Shown: positions 1 through 9,282, counted from the stretch's first letter. The stretch is DNA of 64,000 nt from Polyangiaceae bacterium (GCA_965222375.1 CBDCTZ010000016.1:1152001-1216000), one strand, 5' to 3'. Translations and numbers: made by a program. Notes: a model not told the origin generated them from the sequence alone.

Positions 1-246
1 AACGCCCAGTCAAAGGGCGAGAAAAAGGTCATCAAGACCTGGTCGCGCCGGTCCACGATCTACCCGGAAGCCGTGGGCTTGACCTTCGCGGTTCACAACG
101 GCCGCAAGTTCGTGCCTGTGTTCGTCACCGAGAACATGGTCGGACACAAGTTCGGCGAGTTCGCCCCGACCCGCACCTTCCACGGTCACGCAGGTGACAA
201 GAAGGGTGGCGGCAAGCGAGGCAACCCGCGCACCGGCAAGGCGTAA
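1..246 (+). CDS. rpsS: 30S ribosomal protein S19 (5'-truncated by window edge)
   Basis: Frame 1 (not in ORF track) reads ...[55 protein letters not shown]...KA-stop, the classic S19 signature. Confidence 0.98.
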   Translation, partial: NAQSKGEKKVIKTWSRRSTIYPEAVGLTFAVHNGRKFVPVFVTENMVGHKFGEFAPTRTFHGHAGDKKGGGKRGNPRTGKA

Positions 247-268
247 GCCGCGCCTTGACAGTGAAGCG

Positions 269-307
269 ACGGGCGACGCGCAAACAGCGTGTCGCCCGTT
301 TCTTCTT
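269..307 (+). terminator. Rho-independent terminator after rpsS
   Basis: Stem ACGGGCGACGCGC / GCGTGTCGCCCGT, loop AAACA, followed by TTCTTCTT. Confidence 0.75.
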
Positions 308-344
308 GTGCCGTGAGCGTCGCTCAGTGCCTCCGGCAGCGTGC

Positions 345-510
345 AGTCAGAGTTGCGCTGGCAACACTGAACGCGGAGCAGATTGGGGGCCAAGTCAGAG
401 TTGTGGTGGTGCCACCGAAAGCGGAAGGGTGTGGCGGCTGAAATCGGAGCTGCGCTGGCAACACTGAGGGGTGTGGCGGCTGAAATCAGAGTTGCAGTGG
501 CAACACTGAA
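345..510. repeat. Palindromic repeat array (4 copies of a ~24-27 bp core; last two form a 42-bp tandem)
   Basis: Core TCAGAGTTGCnnTGGCAACACTGA at ~347, ~395 (degenerate), ~444 and ~486; units 427-468 and 469-510 are near-identical. Confidence 0.85.
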
Positions 511-677
511 AGCGCCGCGGTGTGGGGGGCCACGCAGTCGAGGGATTCTGAATCAACGTTCTAGAATTGGGCCAGTGCACTCTGGGAGCTGGGCGAGAGT
601 AGCGCCCCAACGCCGCCCCAGTTCCGCGACCCCAAAAACCAAACGACGAGCCTCGACAGACTCTGCGACCCCAGTTG

Positions 678-842
678 CGAGCCGCCACCCACGGGTCGAG
701 TTCACTTCCTCGATACGAGCTGCTACCCACGGGTCGAGTTCGTTTCGTCGATACGAGCTGCTACCCACGGGTCGAGTTCGTTTCCTCGATGCGAGCTGCT
801 ACCCACGGGTCGAGTTCGTTTCCCTCGATACGAGCTGCCACC
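678..842. repeat. 38-bp tandem repeat, 4 full copies plus a partial
   Basis: Unit CGAGCTGCTACCCACGGGTCGAGTTCGTTTCCTCGATA starting at 678, 716, 754, 792 (39 bp) and 831 (partial); no spacers. Confidence 0.95.
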
Positions 843-868
843 GAGCTGCCTTCGCTGGCGGCCTTCGG

Positions 869-2104
869 TTACCCCTTCAACACCCGCCGGGCTTCATCGA
901 CATCGGAAAAGGGCAAGGTCTCGGCGCCAATGGTCTGGCCCAGCTCGTGACCTTTTCCCGCGATCACCACCACGTCTCCGCTGCGTGCGTCGCCCAGAGC
1001 GTTCTCGATCGCCTCGCGGCGATCCAATTCCACCTTCACGTACGCTCGGCCTCCTTTTCGACAGCCCGCGGAAAGTAGCTTGGCGATTTCGTTCGGGTTT
1101 TCGTGGCGGGGATTGTCGTTGGTGACCCAAGCGACGTCTGCACGCTCACCGACGGCTTGACCCATGGGCCGTCGCTTCTCCTTGTCTCGTCCGCCACCGG
1201 CTCCGAACACGACGATCACGCGATGGGTGCCCGCGAGCGCCCGCGCCGTGTCGCAGGTGCGAGCCAGCGCATCAGGCGTGTGCGCGAAGTCCACTGCGAC
1301 GACGACGGGAGCCTTCGCCAGCAGCTCGAAGCGCCCCGGTACATCGGGCACAGAAGCTAGCGCGCGCAGCAAGGTGTCCGTGTCGATGAAGTGCGCCGAA
1401 GCCGCACAAGCGACGGCGAGAGCGTTCTCACCAAAGACGTGACCAACGAGACTGATTTGCAGCTTTCCGCCCAGTTTTTCTGCCAACGCCGACGGCGCGA
1501 GCTCGACATGAGTGCCATCGGTCGAGACGCGGATTTCTTTCGCCTCCAAATCCGCAACCCGCAGCCGGCGTCCGCGGGTTGGTGCCGCGTACCACAAGCG
1601 GGAGACATCTGCGGGGGTGACCTGGTCGACGAGCTGAGCCGCTTCGTCCGCCGCGTTGAGCACGGCGGTCTTGCCGGGACCCAGATGCACGAAGAGCTGG
1701 GCTTTGCTGGCCAAGTAATGTTCCCAGGAACCATGGGCGTCTAGATGATCCCGCGAGAGATTCGTGAACAGTGCCATGTCGAAGCGCCACTGGTTGGCGT
1801 AACCGCGGGCCAGGGCCTGGCTGGTCACCTCTGCAACTGCAGTGCGAGCGCCGGCGTCGTGAGCCTGTTTGAAGGCGGCCACGTAACCTTCCATGGTGCG
1901 GGGCACGTCCAAGAGCTGGTCGTCGAGGCGATAGCCGAGCGTGGTTTCCGTCAGCACGCTTTTGCCCGCGGCGCGCAGCACATGGCTGAGCATGTTGGCC
2001 GTGCTGGTCTTGCCGTTGGTGCCGGTGACGCCGAAGGTGAAGAAATCGTCGGCCCACGCAAAGGGTGGCTTGGTTGGCCGAACGACCGCTTCGAGATCCG
2101 TCAC
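869..2104 (-). CDS. murE: MurE-like Mur ligase lacking the N-terminal domain
   Basis: GVTGTNGKTST P-loop, EVTSQAL, FTNLSRDHLDAH, VPGRFE, VDFAHTPDAL, VFGAGGGRD, TNDNPRHE and IAGKGHE motifs. Start placed at GTG 2104 behind GAGGG. Confidence 0.85.
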   Translation of the reverse strand: MTDLEAVVRPTKPPFAWADDFFTFGVTGTNGKTSTANMLSHVLRAAGKSVLTETTLGYRLDDQLLDVPRTMEGYVAAFKQAHDAGARTAVAEVTSQALARGYANQWRFDMALFTNLSRDHLDAHGSWEHYLASKAQLFVHLGPGKTAVLNAADEAAQLVDQVTPADVSRLWYAAPTRGRRLRVADLEAKEIRVSTDGTHVELAPSALAEKLGGKLQISLVGHVFGENALAVACAASAHFIDTDTLLRALASVPDVPGRFELLAKAPVVVAVDFAHTPDALARTCDTARALAGTHRVIVVFGAGGGRDKEKRRPMGQAVGERADVAWVTNDNPRHENPNEIAKLLSAGCRKGGRAYVKVELDRREAIENALGDARSGDVVVIAGKGHELGQTIGAETLPFSDVDEARRVLKG

Positions 2105-2120
2105 GAGACGCCCTCTGCCA

Positions 2121-2594
2121 TCAGGAGGGCTTAGGCCCGAATCGGATCGCGCCACCCGGTAGGAAGTACAAGATGTCCATCTCGCCGCCGCTCACCGTGG
2201 GCACGTGCCAGGAACCGGGCGGGTAGGTGGTCCAACCAGGGTCGTTGTCGTCGAATTTCGGATCTCCGGAAACCGCGAAGCATAGATCGACCTCGCCGTT
2301 CGGATGGGTGTGCCCTGGCCCGGGTTTGCTCATGTTCACGGCGTCGATGCCCCAATCCTCGGAGTCAGCGGCCTTGTGCACACGGGAAAAGCGAATGCCG
2401 TCGTTTTCCCGATCACAGAGCCAGCCCTCGTCGACGCCTTCGCGCACCAACGCTTTGACCCGAGCCATCTCCGGACTGTCGAGGGGCAGTTTCTTGGTGA
2501 GGGCTGCGACCGCGTTGGGATCCTTGGGGTCGACGGCCTTGATGACCTTCAAGAGCGGTTGGAGTGCTTCGAGCAATTCGGTAACGGAACTCAT
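2121..2594 (-). CDS. DUF4863-like (PnbB-like) cupin protein
   Basis: GPGHTHPNGEVDLC...FD...GW..YPPGS.H.PTVSGGEM.ILYFLPGGAI pattern; likely start MSSVTELL. Confidence 0.75.
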   Translation of the reverse strand: MSSVTELLEALQPLLKVIKAVDPKDPNAVAALTKKLPLDSPEMARVKALVREGVDEGWLCDRENDGIRFSRVHKAADSEDWGIDAVNMSKPGPGHTHPNGEVDLCFAVSGDPKFDDNDPGWTTYPPGSWHVPTVSGGEMDILYFLPGGAIRFGPKPS

Positions 2595-2839
2595 CGAGGC
2601 GGAGTGTAACGCAGCTTGGTCTTGGACCAAGGACTTGGGTTTTTTGGGGTCGAGCGACGCGCTTCGCGATGCCCGACGGGGCAATACCCGACGGGGTGCT
2701 GGGGCAGCGTGGGGCGCTAATCTCGCTGAATTTCAAAGCTGGGCGTGGGCTCGACAGGGGTCGAGCGTGCGTGCGAAGGTTGGCGTCGACGCGCGTGGCT
2801 CGCCCGCGCCGCGTGGCGAAAATGCTAGAGTATTTACCG

Positions 2840-3073
2840 ATGTCCTCCGACGTTGCACGTCAGCGCAGGGCCGAGGCCCGACGGAAAAGTGCTACCCTGA
2901 CCAAGACCTCGCTTCGCGCGGAAGAGCGTGATTCGACGCCGATCTACGGTGCGCAGGCCATCACGCTAGTGACTCGATTGTCGCGAAGCAGTTGGTCCCT
3001 GTCCGGTCGACCCGTTCCGTCCTACCCACGGGCCCAGATCCCGATTCGCTTCGTTTCGGGACGACCAACGTGA
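2840..3073 (+). CDS. Small basic protein, putative antitoxin or partner of the nucleotidyltransferase
   Basis: 77-aa ORF MSSDVARQRRAEARR...; its stop overlaps the next start (GTGA). Confidence 0.6.
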   Translation: MSSDVARQRRAEARRKSATLTKTSLRAEERDSTPIYGAQAITLVTRLSRSSWSLSGRPVPSYPRAQIPIRFVSGRPT

Positions 3074-3546
3074 TCGAGCTCCCCGACGATTTCCGAGATC
3101 TCCTGATCGAGCTCTGCGACGCCCATGCCGAATTTGTGGTGATCGGCGGGCACGCGGTCGCATTTCACGGTCACCCTCGCGCAACCAAGGATCTCGATGT
3201 GCTCGTTCGTGCCACATCCGAGAACGCAAGACGCGTGTATGCAGCGCTCGCCGCATTCGGTGCGCCGCTCCAAGCCTTCGATGTGACGGAGGATGACTTT
3301 GCGACCTACGAGGGAGTGCTCCAAATCGGAGTTCCGCCACTTCGAATCGATATCCTGAATCGCGCAGATGGTATCACCTTTGACGAGGCGACCGCCGCAG
3401 GCGAAACCTTCGACGTCGAGGGCCGTGCCGTTCCTGTCATCGCACGGGCAGCCCTGCTCGCAAACAAGCGCGCTGCCGGCCGAGAGCAAGACATCGCCGA
3501 TATTGCGGCACTGGAGCGCGTTGCAGGTCGATACGGTGAGGAGTGA
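3070..3546 (+). CDS. Minimal nucleotidyltransferase (DUF6036/AbiEii-like)
   Basis: VVIGGHAVAFHGHPRATKDLDVLV (GG...TxDxD), RIDIL and LLANKRAAGREQDIADI motifs. Confidence 0.85.
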   Translation: MIELPDDFRDLLIELCDAHAEFVVIGGHAVAFHGHPRATKDLDVLVRATSENARRVYAALAAFGAPLQAFDVTEDDFATYEGVLQIGVPPLRIDILNRADGITFDEATAAGETFDVEGRAVPVIARAALLANKRAAGREQDIADIAALERVAGRYGEE

Positions 3547-4043
3547 CGCATTCGTCGCTACCGGCCGTACTTCTCGGCGTCCTGCTGGTGGGATTTAGTG
3601 CTGGCTGTGGCCCGCCCAAAAGGGTCGGAACGACGAGCAAGGTCCCACGGAAGGTGTCGGACATCCTGACATGCCCCAACGAAGTCACCGAGGCGAGCGT
3701 TCCGCTCGAAGAAACCTTGCCCAATTGGACCTCACATCTGGGAGACGTGACTCTGTCGGGCGTGATTGTGCGGGGTGAGCCCAATTGCGGCTCCACGGCG
3801 GGCGGTCGAGACTACATGTGCGAAGTCGATCTGCTGCTCTCCCAAGAAGAACTCCGTGGCGCCCGCCGCCCGTACGATGGTGTCGTGCTTGCCCCCCCCT
3901 ACAACTGCGATGGCGATCCGACGCGCACGGCATGCTTCGTTGGTCCGGACTCGAGCCCGCGGGTCGTGATTCAGGGTCGGTTGGTGCGCGGACCATCGGG
4001 CAAGGTCCCGTTGTTGCGGGTGTACACTTTGTGCATGGCGTGA
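3543..4043 (+). CDS. Cys-rich hypothetical lipoprotein
   Basis: Hydrophobic signal ending FSAGC; GTGA overlap with the upstream gene. Confidence 0.65.
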   Translation: MTHSSLPAVLLGVLLVGFSAGCGPPKRVGTTSKVPRKVSDILTCPNEVTEASVPLEETLPNWTSHLGDVTLSGVIVRGEPNCGSTAGGRDYMCEVDLLLSQEELRGARRPYDGVVLAPPYNCDGDPTRTACFVGPDSSPRVVIQGRLVRGPSGKVPLLRVYTLCMA

Positions 4044-4106
4044 TCGCCTGCATTGTCAGTGCGCTGGAGCGGGTGCGAACGTGAAAGCACGGACGCCGCT
4101 GTGCCG

Positions 4107-4616
4107 CTAGCGTCCCGGAACAGCCCCAAGCGGAAGGTACATCATGATCGGTCGCGGGGCTTGCAGGGTGGCGCCCTCCAGAGCCTCGACTTCTACGAAG
4201 CCGTACTTTGCGTAGAAGTTGACGGCTTGCGGTTTGGCATCAACCAGAACGCCCACGCAGCCAACCTGGTCTCGCATCTGTTCCGCGAGCTCGAACGCGA
4301 AGCGTAGGAGTGCAGGGCCGAGCCCGATGTTGCGCGCTCGCTCATCAACGGCGAGGCGGGCGATACGCAGAACGGGAATGGGGTACGGTGGCATCTTCCG
4401 ACCCGAGGGAAGGTCGTCGGCATCGAGCGACGCGGGGCTGACCGTCACGAATCCGAGGATCTTCTCGTCATCAACTGCAACGTAGGTGACTCCAATGTGG
4501 TGTCGGAACTGATTCTGACCCGCGTAGCGATGAAAGAAGAGGTCGAGGGCTGCGTCCCCGGATCTGAACTCGCTTCTGTCGTCCGTCGGTGAAAGCGGGC
4601 GGATCTCAACGGTCAT
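4107..4616 (-). CDS. GNAT acetyltransferase toxin (TacT/AtaT-like)
   Basis: FRSGDAALDLFF, PYPIPVLRIARLAVDERARNIGLGPALL and VLVDAKPQAVNFYAKYGF motifs; start MTVEIRP. Confidence 0.9.
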   Translation of the reverse strand: MTVEIRPLSPTDDRSEFRSGDAALDLFFHRYAGQNQFRHHIGVTYVAVDDEKILGFVTVSPASLDADDLPSGRKMPPYPIPVLRIARLAVDERARNIGLGPALLRFAFELAEQMRDQVGCVGVLVDAKPQAVNFYAKYGFVEVEALEGATLQAPRPIMMYLPLGAVPGR

Positions 4617-4875
4617 CGAAGAGCTTCGCCATCGCGGCCGTCGGCTCCGGAGGGTGGCTCGTGAGATCCCGCACGCGTTTCGCACTGTCTGCAGTGAGAA
4701 CGACCCGAGCGGGAAGCACGACGTCTGGAGGCAACTCCTCGAGGGCTCGGATGTGATGCTGCAGGGCCTGCTCAATCAGATGGGCGCGCGTCATCCCACG
4801 AGATCGTGCGAGGCGCTCCATGTGAGCCTTGGTTTCAGCGGAAACAACCGTCGAGATTTGAACTTCCGAGGCCAT
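4606..4875 (-). CDS. Ribbon-helix-helix antitoxin (TacA/DUF1778-like)
   Basis: VQISTVVSAETKAHMERLARSRGMTRAHLIEQAL (RHH) and the C-terminal PPEPTAAMAKLF motif; overlaps the GNAT start. Confidence 0.85.
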   Translation of the reverse strand: MASEVQISTVVSAETKAHMERLARSRGMTRAHLIEQALQHHIRALEELPPDVVLPARVVLTADSAKRVRDLTSHPPEPTAAMAKLFDDR

Positions 4876-4911
4876 ATACGTAAGCGTATGTTCTACGGGT
4901 GCGTATGTCAA
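4876..4911 (-). promoter_or_regulatory. Sigma70-type promoter of the TA operon with two operator palindromes
   Basis: Minus strand TTGACA (4911-4906), 17 nt, TACGCT (4888-4883), 7 nt, ATG; TACG-N4-CGTA palindromes at 4877-4888 and 4894-4905. Confidence 0.75.
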
Positions 4912-5172
4912 AGGCTGACGCACCCGGGAAAGTGGGGTTGCGGACAGAGGCACGGGATCTGCTCCGTCGTTCCGGAGGCCCGCTATACAAGCAGCAAAAT
5001 TTGGGTTCCCGCACGAGGTGCTCCGCCTGGCTCAGAGGCCTCGGGTCGATGTTCTTGATGATTGTCAACCCAGCTCACCTCACTTTGGTCGACCCCTCCG
5101 GCTGTTGCCTGGGTGACAAAGGCGCGGGCGACTGCTTTGACCGGAACCAGTGTACCCCGTAACCTGCTGAGT

Positions 5173-5811
5173 ATGCTGGGGTGGAATGTGCGAGGCCTCG
5201 CCTGCCAGTCAACGGGTCGGCGTGGACGCAGGGTCTCCAGCAGGCATGTTGTCAGAACTCGTCGCTCGTTCCTGGGCCGGTTGGCTCGCTCTGGGGCGGT
5301 TGCAGCCTTGCCGATCGTCTTCTGCGTCTCTTGCGGGACGCATCGCCCTGCGCGAACAGAGGAGAGTTCAGCGGTGCCGTTGACTACGCTCCAGCAATTG
5401 GACCGAGCCCCAAATCACTATTCGGGCAAGAAGGTACGCGTGCGCGGAAGAGCCATTGCTGTGGGGGAGGTGTCATGCGTGCGGCGATGCGCTCCATTGC
5501 AGGCGTACCTTGGCTGGTCCGTCGATCCAAACTCGATAATGCCTGAAGAAACCTCGGGGTACATGATCGCACTGCGGGGCCAGGGCGCCCAGCCCTTCGA
5601 GTGCGATGGGCGTGGCTGCGGTGCCCTGCGGTTGCAGCATTGCTACGAACTGATCGGCACATTCAAACACACCACTGACCCACGATTGCTAGACGGACTT
5701 CTTACGTTGAAGGTTGAGAAGCACAAAGAGATACCCGATCGAACCGAAAACTGCGGTTGGAACTCGGCGGCATGGAGCGGCAAGCGCACTGAAGAGGGAG
5801 AGCCAGGATGA
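5173..5811 (+). CDS. Cys-rich hypothetical lipoprotein (start uncertain)
   Basis: RRSFL...ALPIVFCVSC signal-like segment; ATGA overlap with the downstream protease gene. Confidence 0.55.
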   Translation: MLGWNVRGLACQSTGRRGRRVSSRHVVRTRRSFLGRLARSGAVAALPIVFCVSCGTHRPARTEESSAVPLTTLQQLDRAPNHYSGKKVRVRGRAIAVGEVSCVRRCAPLQAYLGWSVDPNSIMPEETSGYMIALRGQGAQPFECDGRGCGALRLQHCYELIGTFKHTTDPRLLDGLLTLKVEKHKEIPDRTENCGWNSAAWSGKRTEEGEPG

Positions 5812-8800
5812 AGCACAACATGACCAAGTCGAGAGTCGGACGACTTTTCTCACGCTGCTTGCTCACGGCTTTGGCTACGGGGCTTGTGGGCTGTGGCGCA
5901 CAGGACCCGAAGGGCACCGCGTCGCAGGAGATCTATTCGGGCTCCCGGTAGACGGCAGCCTGGTTGGTGTGGTGTACATCGAGTACAAAGATGCGTTCGG
6001 CACGGTCTGCGCCAACGGTAGCGGAGTCATGCTGACCAATACGTGGCTGCTCAGTGCTGCTCACGTGCTCGATCACCAATGTCCATTCCCGCCGGTCGAG
6101 CTCAAGATCACGATGCGGGGCAGCCTGCTCAACCAGACCCAGACCTATCAGGCAGCCAGTTTTCCCTTCGTCTTCGTTCATCCCCGTTACATTTACGGAG
6201 GCTCTTTCGGGACAGCAGGCATCAATCACGGCTGGGATGCAGCACTGATGAATCTGAGCCAGCCCTTCACCATCGGGGGCGCTGTCACTGGGCACGTTCG
6301 CCGACTGACCACGAAGCGTGCCTCTGACTTCATCCTGGCTGGCAAGAAGAGCGTATTCGGCACAAGCATCACTTCACCTCCCGCGACTTGGCCACCGCCC
6401 GCGGGCGCGTTCGGGAATCCCAACACGGCGGATTTCACGGTCGTGCCATTTCCGGGTTTCAGTTTCAATAAGGTCAAGCGCGACAAGCTACTTCAACAAG
6501 GGTACTCACCCCACGAGTTCGCCGTTCATCGCGGCGGCGGCTTTCTCCCAAGCTCAAACGTTGCAGACGCCATTCCGATCCAAGGAGATTCGGGTGGACC
6601 GATGATTGACGTTACCGACCCAATTTTCTTGCACGGCGACGTGGTTGGGCTCGTGGAGTCCGGCGACGGCGAAGTCTTCCCTCCGGGCAGCCCCACGGGC
6701 GTGCCCAGGCCCGAGTACGCTCACTTCTCGGCAGCCTCGGGATTCCGAGACTATGTGCGGGCGGTGTTGGCGTACAGCGCGCCCCGTGTGTTGTTGGACA
6801 TGAACGGCGACGGAAAGCAGGACAGTATCGGCATGTCGCCATCTTCCACCGGCAGTGCCGTTTTGGATATCCAGTTCGGCGGTGGCGGCTCATTGAGTTG
6901 GGACACGACCCTGCCACTGCCCAGTGGAACGCTCGCCGGCTTCTTTCCTGGCAACTTCGACGGCGACGCATATGATGATCTGGTCGGCCACATTGCCGGC
7001 GTCCCGCTGTACTTCCGCGGCGGGCAAGTCTTCGACTTCGCGAACAACCTCAGTTCAACCTGGAATCTTCTCACGGATCCCGAGAACCTCACAAATCCTG
7101 TCTCGTACTTCACCGTTGGGGATTTCAACTTTGACGGAACCAGCGACGTTGAGGTTGTGCGTGACGATGGAGCCTCGAGCAGATTCCTCGGGGAGAGCTT
7201 TGGCACGAAAGGACTGACGTCGGCGTCGCATTTAGCCCCCAGGGGTTTCAACTTCTTCGGTGACCCAGAGGAGTCCTTTGCGATCTCCTCGCGGGGGGGG
7301 ATCCCTCGGCTTGATCTCCCCGGAGGACTCACTCGAATCGAAGGCGCCGTGTACCTTTGGTCCAACGATGGTACGACGTCCTACGTTGACGGGATTTCGC
7401 TCGATGGCCTTAAAGCGGGTCTGAATGCTGGTCCAGGGGGCGAGCTGGGGGACCTGTTCGGCGCGGAGCTCGTTTGGGGCAGCTTCGATGGTAATGCGCT
7501 GGCGCACGGGCTTGTGGTTGGTGCACCAGGCAGAAGCGTCGGGGGTGTTGGCGAGGCAGGAATTGTCGCGTATTTGCGCCATGCTCCAGCCTCCCCGGTT
7601 CTGGTTTCGGCGGTGTACTTTGACGCGTCCACGTTTGGGTCCACGCCCAGCAAGGACGCGCGCTTTGGCAGTGTCATGACGGTAGGCGACTTCAACGGCG
7701 ACACGATAGATGATCTCGCGATAAGCTCGTCCGGCGCCGTGCATGTGTTGATGGGGAGCGCGACGTCCGGGCTGTCCGCGTCAAACGCGAAGCTCACTTT
7801 GCTGCCGGCACACTTCGATCTCTCCGTGGCAACCATGCAGGGCGGACTCGCCGCGGCAGACTTCAATTGTGATGGCTTCGAAGATCTGGCGATCGGTGTG
7901 TCGGGCGCGAAAGTCGGTCTCACGGAGCGCGCGGGCGCTGTGATCATCAACTACGGTGGACCAACAGGGATAACACTCCCTGTTGCGGGCGAAGTCGCCC
8001 GCTGGCAGCGCATCGACCAATCAATCCCGGAAATGGAGCGAGTCAGCTCCTGAGCGGCCAACGGTTCGGGTTCGAGCTAGCGGCTGGCAACTTCAATGGG
8101 GATGCTTTTCAAGGCAAGCCATGCGTCGATCTCGCCATTTCGTCCGAACCGAGGGGCTCTGTCTTTGGTCTTCCCGGAGGACCTCCGCCCTTCCCCGGTA
8201 GAGGTGCGGTCGACGTTGTCCTTGGGAGCCCTGGTGGACTCACCCCGAATGGACGCCAGAGGCTGCAACAGGGCATGGTCGTCGGAGGCATGGCGATTGA
8301 AGAGCTTGCGGAGGTCGATGATCGATTCGGCTCTGCGCTCGCCGTTACCGCCGCCGATACAGATGGATTCGATGATCTCGTTGTCGGGGTCAACGGTGAA
8401 GATCAAGGGCGTGGCGTCGTACATCTGCTGCGAGGCAGCTCGCAGGGCATCACGGCTGTCGGCCAAGCCTTGTGGCGGCAAGGTAAGGAAAAGATCTCGA
8501 TCGAGTCGCCCGAGGTTGGTGAGCACTTCGGCGCATCCGTTGGTGGCACCAGCAATGGCGTGATCATCGTCTCCGCTCCGGACGAGAGCTTTGCCGGCGC
8601 CACGCCGACAGATCCCGAAGTTCGCAGGGCCGGTTGGGCCGCGATAGTTCGGGTAACGGACACATCACCGATCCTTCAATCCGTGGTGCTCGAAGCAACT
8701 GAGAAGTCAATTGCCAAGAATTTGCCGTCGCCATCGCCGCTGCGCGAGTGGGGCCTGTTCGGATCTGGGCTTACGGCGGCGCGTCCCGCCTTCGTGGCTC

Positions 8801-9282
8801 GGCCTGTGCAACCGGCACGCTACGGGGGAGCACTCGCGTCGGGTAGCGCTCGCCTTGGAGACTTGTGCGCGGGGGATGTCACGCCGCCGGTCATTCAGGC
8901 GATTGTTGCAACGCCGACTTGTCTGTGGCCCCCGAACGGCAAGCTCGTGTCGTATCGGCTCCGCGATGACCTGGCGGTAACCGTGAGCGACGAATGCGAT
9001 GTGCACCCGGAGGTGCGGATAGCGGGGATACAGGTCATCGACTCCGGAAAGGCCAAGAAGACTCCTTTTTTCTATGGGGACTCGGGATTCTGCTTGCGCG
9101 CGCAACGCTCTGGTGGGTCGCGCGAGTACGTCGTGACGGTGGAAGCACGAGACGACCATGGCAACGTCTCGACCGCAAACGTGACGATTCAAGTGCCGCA
9201 CAGCCAAGGCTCTTCCTCCGGCTGTCCGGCTCTTGATCCGAAGTCCGTTGTCAAAGACGGTGACGTGCTCTGCGCGTTCTAG
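5808..9282 (+). pseudogene. Secreted trypsin-like (S1) protease + FG-GAP repeats + C-terminal LWPPN domain, interrupted by two frameshifts (~5940, ~8045)
   Basis: Lipoprotein signal MKHN...LVGC in frame 5808-5951. Catalytic triad LSAAH / WDAAL / GDSGGP and the FG-GAP repeats lie in the next frame to 8053. FG-GAP continues in the third frame from ~8050 (GQRFGFELAAGNFNGD) to the stop at 9282. Confidence 0.8.

Noticed and set aside
345..842. CRISPR array
   Set aside because: The 38-bp units are contiguous with no unique spacers, the 42-bp units duplicate their linker, and no cas genes are in the window.
383..1078. 231-aa ORF and other ORFs over the repeat arrays
   Set aside because: They are translations of non-triplet repeats and overlap the murE-like gene on the opposite strand.
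5050..5162. Possible Rhs core remnant (NP...VDPSG followed by a short Cys-rich tail)
   Set aside because: NP-DPxG spacing is off, no YD repeats are visible and the tail is very short; may be chance.
8051..8053. Selenocysteine or stop readthrough at the protease TGA
   Set aside because: The same frame hits TAG shortly after, and homology continues in a different frame.
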